NCBI GenBank assembly: GCA_052327205.1
Contig: CM126204.1
Coordinates: 341,744,001-341,808,000, forward strand
Source of the DNA: Somniosus microcephalus
Lineage: Eukaryota
Direction: 5' to 3'
Length of the DNA stretch: 64,000 bases
Shown here: positions 25,060-38,700 of the stretch, piece by piece
Layout of the letters: each line of letters begins with the position of its first letter
Position numbering within the stretch: the stretch's first letter is position 1
The notes under the pieces: model-generated
What the model was told of the DNA's origin: nothing
Seen by the model: the letters and a program-made list of their open reading frames with translations, nothing else
The model's database searches: none
Translations under genes and position numbers: made by a program

Positions 25060-27074
25060 CTAGTAAGGGCATCAAGGGATATGGCGATAGGGCCGGTGAA
25101 TGGAGTTGAGGCAGAAGGTCAGCCAAGATCTCATTGAAGGGCGGAGCAGGCTCGAAGGGCTGAATGGCCTACTCCTGCTCTTATTTCTTATGTTCTTATG
25201 TTCTTATACAATGAGCAGGGTGTGGCTGGAGAGCAAGATTGCCCTCCCCTTTAAGAACTGGCTGGTGCCAGTGTGTCTGTGTTGCATTGCTAACTGACAT
25301 CACATGAGCTTCGCCAGTGCTCTGAGGTAGCACCTCGCTCCTCGACATTAGCGCCTTAAGAGAGGTGTGTAGCGCCTGATTTAGCGCTCCAATCACCTCC
25401 AGGGGTGACAGAAGCCAAGTTTGCAATCGGGGGAGATAATTAACGGCAGGCGCTAAACTTTGCACCCGACCGATAATTGCGCCCCCAATGGGGCGATACC
25501 GAATTTCTCCCCCTATGACTCTAGCTAGTTCATCATTTGCCAAACCGGTTCTTTGGCCACATGCCGCATGTGGAGTTGTCTCCTTGCACCAAAATTAAGA
25601 TAAATGTAACATTGATAGGTCTCTTCAGACACGAATCTTGGAATAAAATAGTACTGTTATTCCAAATATATGTAAATTTTCACCTCTCTTCCGGCTCTGA
25701 GGGGCCTGAATGAAATGAATTGGTTGATAGTTGATATTATACTCTTTAATGCAGCCAGCATTTTCTACATATTTTGAGGTTTATTATTTGTCCCTGTTTT
25801 CACTCTACAGGCACTATCCAGTACTAACCCAATGTTTATGCATACATTTTGGGAAATTTCCAAATTTAGCATTAAAGCCAGATTTGTGAATATTTGTGCT
25901 GATGTTTTTCACTCATCGCTCAGTGCTGCCTTAACTTGTCAAGCCCCTGATTTACAACACACTGCAAAAATGTGGTAGGTTCAGATTTATTATTTTGAGG
26001 TTTGCTTGGCTGAAGGGTGCATAGAAGAGAGAGAAAAGCAAATGAATGGACAGGAACAAAGAAAAGCAAAGAGAGAAACAGAGATAATGTTCAATGTATA
26101 TCCACCCCTACTTTGGTCATGACAGGATCACATGTATGTTCCACTCAAACAAGCATAACCACTTTGATTCTGGCCACTTTCAAATTTGTATCTTTGTGAT
26201 TATTGCGTATTATTTTTTCTATTTGTTGTTCTGGGATCAGAATGTGAATCGACACAGTTAAGGCAGTTATGTGGCAACCTCCAAATGATGTAGATATATA
26301 CATTAAAAAAATCAAGGCTTTCAAATAACCACCATTCAAATTCACATTTTATATATACGAGCTGTACCAGGTTACATATTGCTTGAATTCTGTCAGCATG
26401 CAGACAATCTTATATTGCTAGTGTGCAAGCTGAAGGCCTTGTCTAGCCTGATCTGTCATTATTGCAATTGCTAGAGGCTCTTGTGCTAAGATAAATAATA
26501 ATGGTGATAACAGACAGTCCAGTCTAGTGTCTGTTCCCAATTTAAAGAGCGTCAAAATCATGACATGTATTACAAATGCTAAAGGGGCTAAGTATAGACT
26601 GAGGATTCATTTAATAAAACTGGAGCCAAATTGGTCATCCCTTCATTAAAACATCCAGTCATTCTGTGACAGGGTTGGGGTGGGGGGATCGGAGGCCTCG
26701 TCGGAGATTGGGTCTCTGATCACGGGGGTGGGTTAGGCAGGAAGGCTGGATCCAGGAGGTAAGTGTACCTGAATTCAGCAGACTTTGCCTTCCATTAGCT
26801 GGCGGGTTTCACGAGGCCTACAAAACCTGATCAGCCACTGTTAAATTTAAAATGGTGGTTAAATCTGAGACTTGCCAGCCTCATTGTAATATTTAAATGG
26901 GCGACCTACCTCCTGGGAGCGGGTTGGCTGCACGTCCCAAGTCCCGCCTCCGTTAAAATCGGGTTGGAGGCAGGTTCTGGTTGGGATTCAGATTTTTAAC
27001 ACTTTAACTTTCCACCCGATACCAACCCACCTGTTTTTTTGGGTTAAAATTCCCCCCATATATCTAAGTGTCAC

Positions 27075-28262
27075 ATGGATTTCAGTAAGGCCTTCGATAA
27101 AGTCCCGCAGAGGAGACTGGTCAAGAAGGTAAGAGCCCATGGAATCCAGGGTGCCTTGGCACATTGGATACAAAACTGGCTTAGTGGCAGAAGGCAGAGG
27201 GTGATGGTCGAAGGTTGTTTTTGTGACTGGAAGCCTGTGGCCAGTGGGGTACCACAGGGATCGGTGCTGGGTCCCTTGCTGTTTGTGGTCTACATTAATG
27301 ACTTGGATATGAATGTAAAAGGTATGATCAGTAAGTTCGCGGATGATACAAAAATTGGTAGGGTGGTAAATAGTGAGGAGGGTAGCCTCAGTCTGCAGGA
27401 CGGTATAGATGGGTTGGTCAGATGGGCGGAACAGTGGCAAATGGAATTTAACCCGGAAAAGTGCGAGGTGATGCACTTTGGGGGGACTAACAAGGCAAGG
27501 GAATACACAATGAATGGTAAGACCCTAGGCAAGACGGAGGGGCAGAGGGATCTGGGTGTGCAAGTACACAGATCCCTGAAGGCGGCGGAACAGGTGGATA
27601 AGGTGGTAAAAAAGGCATATGGGATACTTGCCTTCATTAGCCGAGGCATAGAATATAAGAGCAAGGAGGTTATGATGGAGCTGTATAAAACACTGGTTAG
27701 GCCACAGCTGGAATACTGTGTGCAGTTCTGGTCGCCACACTACAGGAAGGATGTGATCGCTTTGGAGAGGGTGCAGAGGAGATTCACCAGGATGTTACCA
27801 GGGCTGGAGCGCTTCAGCTATGAAGAAAGACTGGGCAGATTGGGTTTGTTTTCCTTGGAGCAGAGGAGGCTGAGGGGGGACATGATTGAGGTGTACAAAA
27901 TTATGAGGGGCATAGATAGGATGGATACTGAGGAGCTTTTTCCCTTAGTAGAAGGGTCAATAACTAGGGGGCATAGATTCAAGGTAAAGGGCGGGAGGTT
28001 TAGAGGGGATTTGAGAAAGAACTTTTTCACCCAGAGGGTGGTTGGAGTCTGGAACTCACTGCCTGAAAGGGTTGTGGAGGCAGGAACCCTCACAACATTT
28101 AAGAAGCATTTGGATGAGCACTTGAAATGCCATAACATACAAGGCTACGGACCAAATGCTGGAATATGGGATTAGATTAGACAGGGCTTGATGGCCGGCA
28201 CGGACACGATGGGCCGAAGGGCCTCTATCCATGCTGTATAACTCTATGACTCTATGACTATG
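27075..28262 (+). mobile_element. CR1 LINE, 5'-truncated, with an open 366-aa RT C-terminal frame
   Basis: DFSKAFDKVP, GVPQGSVLGP, FADDTK, WNSLP; (ACTCTATG)n tail. Confidence 0.95.
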
Positions 28263-28638
28263 TTTGACGTGATCAATTAAGTGCCGTAGCTTCAGCACTC
28301 CCGTATCTAGGGGACTTCCATACTTAGCAGAAACATTTGTTTCCCCTATGCAATAGAGTCACCTGGTGGACTACTGATGTATATAATAATAAAGCCATAT
28401 GCAGTACAGTTCTTACCAGAAGCCATGTTGTGCTTTATATATATGCTGTGTCTCAAGATATCACAGAACTGGCGATGAGGATGTGTTTGCGGATTCCCTA
28501 GCTGAAATTTTTGCTGGAGGATAATCCTGCCAACTGACGGAGGGACTGTTAGCGGTTCTTTGTTTTGCAGAAAAACTTAAAAATCTGAGGTACATTTTGA
28601 ACTCACGTGGCTGAACTGTCAACGTTGCCAGAGTCCAG

Positions 28639-31600
28639 ATGGCTGCGCCTATGGGAATAATAGGTTGAGTTCCATCATGACCGAGACTCTTTCAGAGCAT
28701 ATGTGGAATGGCTAGAAATGTTTTTCACAGTGAATAGTATCGTCGAATTCCCCGATGATGTAAACCGTAACCAGGTGGCTTTAGAAATGAAACAGGCTTT
28801 TTTTGACTGAAGCAGGCCCCGAGGTGTATGAAACCCTGAAAAAAGTGCTTGTTCCCGCCAAGCCGAAGGACACGCCACTGAAGGAGATCCTAACCAAGTT
28901 AGAACAGCACTACAGTCCTGAGCCCCTGGAAATTGCTGAAAGTTATTGTTTTGGAACACGTGATCAATTAAATGACGAGGGTATCAGTGAGTACATTGTA
29001 GCTTTAAAAAAGCTATCCATTCACTGTCATTTTGGAAACTTTCAGGACCGAGCTTTGTGTGATCGCTTTTTTTGTGGGTTGAAAAATCAGAAGTAAATTG
29101 TTGACAACCCCTAACTTGACTTTTGACTTAGCTTGTCAGACAGCAGTGTCGATGGATATGGCCGACCGATACTCCCGAGAGTTCTGCGCCATTTCCCGTC
29201 GTCAGACAACCGAGGTGAATCGGCTGCAGGCTAAAAGTAAAAGGCAGTTGGGCTCCAAGGCCTCAGCAACTGGTCAAAGTAACAGTGCATTGAAGTTGTG
29301 CTATGGGTGCCTGGGACAACAAATCGCTCAAAGCTGTCCATATGTGAAGGCAGAGTATTTCAACTGCAAGAAAACTGGGCATCTTGTGAAGGCATGCCGA
29401 CAGAAGAGTAAACCGACTGGCAGTGCTAGAAGTAGAAATCGCCAGACACTACATACCGTTGAAGAGAAGCAGCAGGACGAGGAGTTTCTGGAGATTCACA
29501 TCATCAGGAGCACGAAGGTATCTAACAGCGATTCGCAAGATATCGCCATCCAAGTAGATGTCGCAGGAACCAGGATACCCATGGAAATCGACACTGGTGC
29601 ATCCGTGAGCGTAGTACCGGAATCACTATATCGCGACAGGTTGCGTGATTATTGACTAGAGAAATCGAAGGTAGAGCTGCGAGGCTACTCAGGAGAGCAA
29701 ATCCCTGTAGTAGGAAGTGTCACCATACCAGTGAAATACAAGGATCAGTGTCAGAGCTTGCCTCTCATAGTAGTGGCAGGAGACAAGCCTGCCTTGATAG
29801 GTAGAAATTGATTGGGATCACTGAAGCTGGATTGGAATGAGATTTTTCGTGTGGAAGCGAAATTTGCTTCGAAAGATGATGTCATCAAGCAGTATCCGAA
29901 GGTGTTCAGCGAAACGGGCAGTCCGATCCAAGACTTCAAGGCAAGTGTCAGAGCGCAGAAGGATGCAAGACCAGTTTACTGCAAGCCACGTCCCATACCA
30001 TACGCACTCAAGGAGAAAGTTGAGCAAGAACTCAAAAGACTATAAACTGAGAACATTATCTCTAAGGTAGATCTGAGTAATTGGGCTACACCCATTCTTG
30101 ATGTACCTAGGTCAGATGGTAAGGTAAGGTTGTGTACTGATTATAAGATAACCGTAAACCAGGTTCTAGAGTGTAATCTACCCAATACATTGCCAAATGT
30201 GGAAGATTTGTTCACAACGCTGACAGGTGGCCAGATCTTTTCGAAGTTAGATCTAAAAAACGCCTATCTACAACTTGAGTTGGATGAAGAGTCCAAGTCA
30301 TGCTTGACTATAAATACTCACCGAGGCCTATATCAGTTCAATAGGCTTCCATTTGGAGTGTCTTCTGTCCCCAACATATTCCAGGGGGTGATGAGCCAAA
30401 TTTTGCAAGGGATTGAAGGGGTAGTGTGTTATTTGGAAGACATACTCATTTCAGCACCAAACAGGCAAATCCATGATGAGGTGTTGAATGAAGTGCTCAA
30501 ACAGCTAGAGAAGCACGGAGTACGAGTGACGGCTCACAAGTGTGAGTTGTTTCAAAACTCAGCGGAATGCTTAGGGCACAGAGTGGACAAAGATGGTTTA
30601 CATCCAACCAAGGGAAAGCTGGATGCAATCAGAAATGCACCGACTCCCAAGAATGTCACTGTCTCTGAACTTCGATAATTTTTGGGTCTTTTAGAAGATA
30701 GGAGCAGGAGTAGGCCATTCGGCCCCTCGAGCCTGCTCCGCCATTCAATGCGATCATGGCTGATCATCCAAGTTCAGTACCCGGTACCTGCTTTCTCCCC
30801 ATACCCCTTGATCCCTTTAGCCTTAAGAAATATATCCAACTCCTTCTTGAATATATTTAATGAATTGGCCTCTACTGCCTTCTGTGGTAGAGAATTCCAC
30901 AGGTTCACCACTCTCTGGGTGAAGAAATTCCTCCTCATTTCTGTCCTAAATGGCCTACCCCTTATCCTTAGACTGTGACCCCTGGTTCTGGATTCCCCGA
31001 CCATCGGGAACATCCTCCCTGCATCTAGTCTGTCCAGTCCTGTCAGAATTTTATAAGTTTCAATGAGATCCCCTCTCATTCTTCTAAACTCCAGCGAATA
31101 CAAGCCCAATCGACCCAATCTCTCCTCATACGTCATTCCTGCCATCCCAGGTATCAGCCTGGTGAATCTTCGCTGAACTCCTTCCATGGCAAGAATATCC
31201 TTCCTCAGATAAGGCGACCAAAACTGCACACAATACTCAAGATGTGGTCTCACCAAGGCCCTGTACAACTGTAGCAAGACATCCTTGTTCCTATACTCAA
31301 ACCCTCTCGCTATGAAGGCCAGCATACCATTTGCCTTAACCGCCTGCTGCATTATTTTGAATTATTACGGAAAGTTTCTGCCAAACTTTGCTACATTGTT
31401 AAGTCCACTGAATGAGCTGTTGAGAACACAGGTCCCTTGGAAGTGGTCAAAAGAATGCAATGCAGTATTCAAAGAGTGTAAAAGTCAGTTCGTAGAGAGT
31501 ACCATGTTAGTTCACTATGATGTATCTAAGGAAATCAAGCTCGCGTGTGACGCCTCTCCGTACGGAGTTGGGGCAGTGATCTCTCATGTACTAGATAGTG

Positions 31601-33423
31601 AGGAGGAGAGATCAATTGCTTTTGCTTCATGCACTCTCAGTGCCAGTGAGTGGAATTATGCGCAGATCGAAAGGGAAGCTTTGTCATTGATTTTTGGGGC
31701 CAAGAAGTTTCACAAATACTTGTTTGGTCATACGTTTACCATAGCTACTGACCATAAGCTTCTGACAGCAATCCTCCAGCCAAAGTCCCCAGTTCCAACC
31801 TTAGCTGCAGCCCGAATGCAGAGATGGGCTTTGATTTTGTCAGCATATACGTATGACATTGAGTACAGACGATCAGCTGATCACAGTAATGCTGATGCTA
31901 TGTCCAGGTTGCCATCCCCATCACAAGTTACACCCAATAAGGAAGAAGTGTTCTATTTCTCATACATTGATGAGCTGCCAGTCACAGCTGAAGAGATTGG
32001 TAGGGCAACCAAACGTGACCCAATTATGTCAAAGCTGTATGATTACATAGCAAATGGATGGCCAAACCAGGTTTCAGAGGAAGATATCCGTCCATACTTC
32101 ATTCGTAGGAATGAATTATCAGTGGATAAAGATTGTATCATGTGGGGAGCAAGAGTGGTTATCCCAAATAGGTTCAGGTCTAAATTGTTAGGAGATCTTC
32201 ATGACCAGCACCTGGGAATGTGCTTGACCAAGAGCTTTGCATGCAGTTACTTATGGTGGCCAGGTTTAGATATAGAGATGGAGTACATAGTCAGTCAGTG
32301 TACAACATGTCAATCGGTGAGCAAGAAACCACCCTCAGTACCATTACAGCCATGGAAATGGTCTCCCAGAGTGTGGCAAAGGTTACAAGTAGATTTTGCT
32401 GAGCTAGAAGGACAGCAATAGTTAATTGTGATAGATTGTCACTCAAAGTGATAGAAGTGTTTCTGATGTGGATAATAACAACAAGCAAAACACTAGACAA
32501 TTTGCGAAGATTGTTTTCTTCATACGGCCTCCCAGAAAAAATTGTGTCTGATAATGGGCTGCAATTTTGTTCAGAAGAGTTCACACAGTTCATGAGCAGA
32601 AACAGTGTGAAACATACCAAAGTTCCACCATACCACCCTGCTTCAAATGGTGTAGCAGAGCGCACAGTACAAATTGTCAAACGTGCCCTCATCAAGCAAA
32701 TGTTGGATCCAAATCCAAAGTGACGTCAGTTGTCGTTGGACCACAAACTGGCAAATTTTCTGATTACCTATCGGAATACTCCTCATACTACTACTGGTAG
32801 AAAACCAGCAGAGATGTTTCTCAAATAACAGCCACGAACCAGGTTCTCATTGTTGAAGCCAAACTTGGCAAAGTCCGCAGAAGAGAAACAATCAAGGCAG
32901 AGAGTCATGATAAAGGTACAGTTAGAGAGAGAAGTGTGAAGTTGAACCAGAAGGTTAGAGTGAAGAACCATCACCATAAATGCTTAAAGTGGTTACCAGG
33001 AAGAGTAGTGAAGATAAGTGGCCCTCGCACATACTTGGTCAAGATGTTTGATCATGGATAGGTTAGGTGTGTTCACGTTGATCATATCTTCCCTACAGAT
33101 GTGGAAGGAGTTGAAAGCTCGGATGATTCAATTTATTCTGACGAGTCAAATAGTCTTGTTACAAGTAGAGTACCAGCAGCAAAACCTACATCAGATGTGA
33201 CAGAAACAAGTCCAAGACAAAGTCAGAATTTAAGTCAGAGCCCGAATCAGGCAGACAAACAGTTTGAAAGTATAGAGAGTCCAAATGTAGATCAAGGTCA
33301 GCCCTTGGAGAAAAATTCTCTGCAGGCTCAGCCTAGAATGAGTCAAAGTCCTACAACAAGATCTGAAACTTCTGTTCAAGAAAGAAGGTCCTCTCTTAAC
33401 CAGTGGTTAAGTTTAATCTGTAA
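28639..33423 (+). pseudogene. gag-pol of the Gypsy element (disrupted)
   Basis: Fragmented ORFs 28803-33436; RT YLED (mutated YLDD); interrupted by CR1. Confidence 0.88.
30692..31352 (-). mobile_element. CR1 3' fragment inserted in Gypsy pol
   Basis: ORF 30774-31352 is near-identical to the CR1 at 892-1503; splits FLGL|LNYYGKF. Confidence 0.93.
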
Positions 33424-33747
33424 ATATGGAAAATAAGTTCATATCTTTTGTTTGTTTTACAGAATTCTATAGTAGAATTTGGAATCATAAAATGGGTTCC
33501 ATTTGAGAAATATATACCAAGAGTTGTGTATACCATGCAAGTCATGCACAATGATTATTTGCTATGATTAACTTCTTCAATAAGGAGGGGGAAGTGTAAT
33601 AGAGCCACCTGGTGGACTACTGATGTATACAATAATAAAGCCATGTGTAGTACAGTTCTTACTGGAAGCCATGTTGTGCTGTTGTATATATATGTTGTGT
33701 CCCAAGATATCATACCCTATTTTGCATACAAGAAATAGTAAACCTCA

Positions 33748-34477
33748 GGGGGGGGGGGAAATTAGGTGGCACCCATTTTGGGACACTAACGTCATGGGGG
33801 CGCTAATTTTAGCGTACCGAAAAAGTTAGCGCCCCTCCACCGGAAATTCAGTAGTAGCGCACCAAGCAGGAGGTGAAGCGCTACTGGAAGTGCTCCACCT
33901 CCTTCTTGGGGAGCTACTACTGAAGATCGCAATGCTCCGTGCAGCAGCGCAACGTGCAACAGCGCCACGCGCGGCAGCATGTAGCGCCGCATCATTGCAG
34001 GCCTCCTCCCCTGATTAAAGGGGAGAGGCCTAGCGCTGTGCACACCAGGGCCCTGCTGGACCACTCAAGAGGCGTGCCAGGCTGAGCAATCGCGGCTGGC
34101 ACCCCTAAAAAAGGGAAAGGAGGCAGGTGCTGGCAGTCGGCCAAAAGAAATGGCCGCCCGACACCTGTCCCTTTAACTACTGCCACCGCCGCTGCAAAAA
34201 CACCCCCTGGCCTTGTCGGACATATTTTTTGGCGATAGATCAGGGGGCACAAGGGAAGTTTGCGGCCGGGGTGCAAGCGGGGCGCTGCGCACGGCGATGA
34301 TGTCATCACCGGCGGGCGCAGCGCTGCGGGGCGCTACTGGCTACTGCCGCCATTAACCATCTGCTGAATTTCGCGGGAGGCATTGGCGATGCTGCGCCCA
34401 GGTGCTAGGGGCTTTGTGCCCCGTTAGCGTTCCCTGGGGGCACTAACGAGAGGCACAAATCAACCCAATTTTTCCCC
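33748..34477. mobile_element. Harbinger-like MITE
   Basis: TIRs ggggggaaatt / aatttttcccc; 3-bp TSD TCA. Confidence 0.78.
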
Positions 34478-35756
34478 TCAGGTGTCTAAACATTTTTGTG
34501 CTACTAATTCTATTGGCCTTGATAACTACTACTTATCACTTCCTACCTCCAGGTAGGCTTGTAAATAGACACTGCTATGACAGTGAATATCTCGTTCATG
34601 ACATATATACATATATATATTGTTATGCTTTGAATTTATTATATATATATTTTAAATCATAAATATTGGAAAGTGGCATTGTATATACCAGACGGTGCAG
34701 AGATCAAATGTATTTGTTAACATTCTTATCATGGTTGTTTTTCAAATTCTATCTTCAAAAAAAATTCTTTTGAATTGGGTTGGAATTTACATTTTTCCTC
34801 TTCAGTATTTTCTAACACTTGAAACAGAATTCCAACACCTTTTGCCACTGAATTCCATTTGTCTTGCTAATGATCACGACATGCAATACTGCTGGTGATG
34901 TTCCCTACAGAACCATTGCAGATCAGATGCAGTCCGAGTTGATTTCAGTGCTTCTGTAATAAAATGTAATGCAGCCGTCCTGGTGACTGAACGATAAAAA
35001 TTGTGGCTTCTGAAATAATAGAAATGAAATAATAGCTGGGCTATCAATATGCCTATCTCTTGAGGACCTGCTTCCAAATCTGAAAGGAAATCAGCTCTGG
35101 AATAGGTTTATATATGATTGAAACAACAATTCTGTTCCACATGCTTGACAGCTTTTCCCATGTCAAACCTTGTATCACTTCAAAATTGACATAATGACCT
35201 CAACATTTTAGTGCTGATACATCCATCTAGAATAGAGTTCATCATGTTATTCTGTCTCAAATCCAATGGTTTGAATACAACTGTGTGTCACTTTGTTTTT
35301 GAAAATATAAAATCATAATTACCTACAAGCCCAAATAATTTTCCTTTATCTGCTTAAGTCACCTGATGGAATTTGAGTTGAAAATAAATGCAGCATCTAG
35401 TTGCAATGTAGTCTCTAACGGCGATTCTTTCCTTCACACAACTATACAAGCAAAATAAAGAAATCACAAAACAGCCAAAGCCCCTCCAAATATATTAGTG
35501 ATTAAATACAAAGCAAAGAATCAGTGAATAGTTTGGTGTGTGTTATCACATTTTTAGATCCTATAGCTAATTTATTCCTATCACAGAAATTTTCTCCAAT
35601 TAAATATTGGGAAGACTGAAGCCATTGTTTTCGGTCCCCGTCACAAACTCCGTTCCCTAGCCACTGACTCCATCCCTCTTCCTAGCTTCTGTCTGAGGCT
35701 GAACCACACTGTTCGCAACCTTGGTGCCATATTTGACCCTGAAATGAACTTCCTAC

Positions 35757-38700
35757 TGTTGTGTCGGTACCTTTCTACCTAGACACAATTTAGGACTCAG
35801 AACTCAGAGATTCAAACATGAAGTGCTTTATTGGAAGGAAAGGAAGTTCTGGCAAGTTCCAAACAAAGAGAGCTAAACTTAACAGAGAACACCCAACCAT
35901 TTATCTCCTGTGACAGCGCCACCACAGGTGGGAGGAGAACACACAATAGAACACACAATACATAACATTTCCTCCCCTCTTAAATGGAAGGTCCACATTA
36001 TTCCTCAACAGGTAAGTTACTTTCAATGCACTCAACGAACCTAGGGTAGAGGTAGACTGCCTCAACTCCTGACTTTACCCTGGGGTTTATTCTGCCCCAG
36101 TCTTGTGGGTAAGTCACTAAGCCTACAGATCCAAGCGTCTTGGAGGCCGCCGCTCTCTGACAGGATACCGGCGGCCATCGCTGGCTTCCACAGTAGTAGG
36201 CATTGACACAGGCCTGGATGGAGAAGGTGCCTGTGTCAGTCAAAAGTCAGGAGTTTGCACAGGTGGAACAGTCTCTTTGACTTCCTGTGTTGGAGAAGAG
36301 CACTGTGGCAAAGGATGCTGGTTTGCGGTATCATCCAGAAACAGTTCAGGCCAACCAGCCGTTGGAGCCTCTGTGGCTGTCTCTGCTCCTAGCAACAGTT
36401 GATCTGTGTGTCTTCTCCAGACGACGTCCTCAGCAGTCTCAACCGTGTAAGACACAGGGCCCGTCTGCGCGATAACTGTAGCAGGAACCCATTTCGGTCC
36501 AGTGTTGTAGTTTCGAGCTAGGACGTGCTCTCCAGGGTGAAACCGTCTCTCCTTGGCTCTTTTCTCTCTCTTTTCAACTTGAGCTTGTTGTTGACGATGG
36601 ACAACCTGCTCTGCCCTTGGAGGTTTGAGTAAGTCAAAACTTGTCCGCAACTGCCTCTTCATCATGAGCGAAGCGGGGGAAGTTTTGGTTGTAGCATGCG
36701 GCTCGTTCCTGTAGGACAACGGGAAGCTGTTCAGATGTTGGTGGATTGAGCCCTAACCTTGCGATGCCTTCAAAGCGCGCTTCAAAGTTTGCACGAACCT
36801 TTCTGCCTGGCCGTTAGTAGAGGGGTGATAGGGCGCAGACCTGATGTGTTGGACACCATTCACATGCAGGAAGGTTGCAAACTCCTGTGATACAAATTGT
36901 GGACCGTTGTCACTTATGAGTTGTTCCAGTGAGCCATAACGGCTGAACATCTCACCAAGTTTCTCAATTGTTTTCTCTGCCATGGTAGACCTCATCACAG
37001 CGACCTCCGGCCACTTGCTACGAGCATCTACAACCACCATAAACATCTTCTCTTCGAAAGGACCGGCGAAGTCCACATGTACTCGCTGCCACACTTCTGC
37101 AGGCCAATCCCAGGGGTGTAGGGTTGCCAGCTGTGGAACATTCCGGACCCTTTGACATGGGGAACATGTTTTGGCTTTCTCCTCAATATTCCCATCAAGA
37201 CCTGGCCACCAGAAGTAGCTTCTTGCCATTTCCTTCATCCGAACCATCCCACTGTGGCCTGTATGAAGTTGTTGCAGTATAGGTTCCCTCAGAGGTGGCG
37301 GAATGATGACACGGCGTCCCCAAAGAAGACAACCTGCCTGGATGGAGAGCTCATTTCTTTTTGAAACGTAAGGTTTCAAATGAGGAGAATCTCCTATAGC
37401 TCTCCCTCAAATGACATCGTCCATTACCTCAGACAGGACTGGATCGTTGCGGGTGTACCTTCGCACCTGAACTGCAGTGACAGGTGCTCCCTCCACTTGT
37501 CTAAAGTAGAAGATGTCTATCTGACGAGGCTCTGGGGGAGTAACAGGCAAGGGTAGCCTCGAGAGACCGTCTGCGTTGCCGTGCAAGTCTGATTTGCGAT
37601 ATTTGATGTCGTATGTGTGTCCTGACAACAGTAAAGCCCACCTTTGCATCCTGCTTGCAGCAAGAGACGGAATTCCGGTGTGGGGCCCGAAGATTGAAGT
37701 CAATGGACGGTGGTCCATCAGGAGTGTGAACCTTCTCCCAAACAGGTACTGATGAAATTTTCGAATTCCAAAAATGATTCCCAAGGCCTCGCACTCGATC
37801 TGCGCATAGTTACTCTCGGCCTTGTTCAAGGTGCGTGATGCGAAGGCGATAGGTTTCTCTTCACCCGAAGGCATGATGTGGGATATGACTGCTCCCACAC
37901 CATATGGTGATGCATCACATGCTAGCTGCATGGGTAGCTTTGGGTCAAAGTGTGTCAGGACCTCCGATTTCAGCAATGCTTTCTTTGCTTGGGCGAAAGC
38001 TTCGTTGCACAGTTCAGTCCATTTCCATGTTTTGCCTTGACATAGCAACTGATGTAACGGCTTCAGCAATGTTGCTAAGTCTGGAATAAACTTCCCATAG
38101 TAGTTAAGTAGCCCCAGAAATGAACGTAACTGGCTCACCTTCTGGGGTGCTGGGGCCTCCACGATCGCCTTGACCTTTGACGGCACCTTATGCAGGCCAG
38201 TAGCGTCAATCACATGCCCCAGGTACTCAACTGAAGACTGAAAGAATTCACATTTGTCTTTACGAACTCTGAGTCCGTACTCTTTCAGTCGTTGTAGTGT
38301 CGCATCCAAGTTCAGAAGATGATCCTCCTCATTTGTCCCAGTGACAAGGATGTCGTCCAGATAGCACTGGACTCCTGGCAGTCCACTCAAAATCTGATCC
38401 ATTGCCCTTTGGAATAGAGCAGGGGCCGACGTAATTCCAAATGGAAGGCGGCAGTACCTGTATAGCCCTTTGTGTGTCACAATTGTCAGCAGCTCCTTTG
38501 ATTTGTCATCGACATGCACTTGTAGATAAGCCTGGCATAAGTCTATTTTGCTGAACTTTTGCCCTCCGGCCAGGCCCGTAAAAAGATCATCAATGAGGGG
38601 AAGAGGGTACTGTTCCGCAGACAGCACCGGGTTAATAGTCACTTTAAAATCCCCGCAGATTCGAACAGATCCATCCTTTTTCAGGACAGGAAAATGGGTG

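Larger units (their letters stand above)
11660..25207 (+). mobile_element. Long CR1 LINE (ORF1 SGNH esterase + ORF2 APE/RT) split by three nested insertions
   Basis: ORF1 11744-12275 resumes at ~17041 (WDRFWGRWDLY); ORF2 AITETW at 17416-17432 resumes LQG at 20881; RT 21674-23366; 3' UTR resumes at 25060. Confidence 0.88.
28349..33714 (+). mobile_element. Gypsy (Mag-like) LTR retrotransposon, decayed, full structure
   Basis: LTRs 28349-28465 and 33595-33714; TSD CCCTA; PBS tggcgatgagg; PPT aaggagggggaag; gag, protease (IDTGASVS), RT, RNaseH (CDASPYGVGAV) and integrase (SDNG, YHPASNG) with stops and frameshifts. Confidence 0.95.

Noticed and set aside
34690-35080. Minus-strand acceptor-like site (tttcag) followed by unique sequence
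   Set aside because: All three frames close quickly and none is recognisable.
36030-36245. Cluster of hairpins near the Gypsy 3' end; possible ribozyme
   Set aside because: No catalytic core motif; much of it is integrase C-terminal coding sequence.
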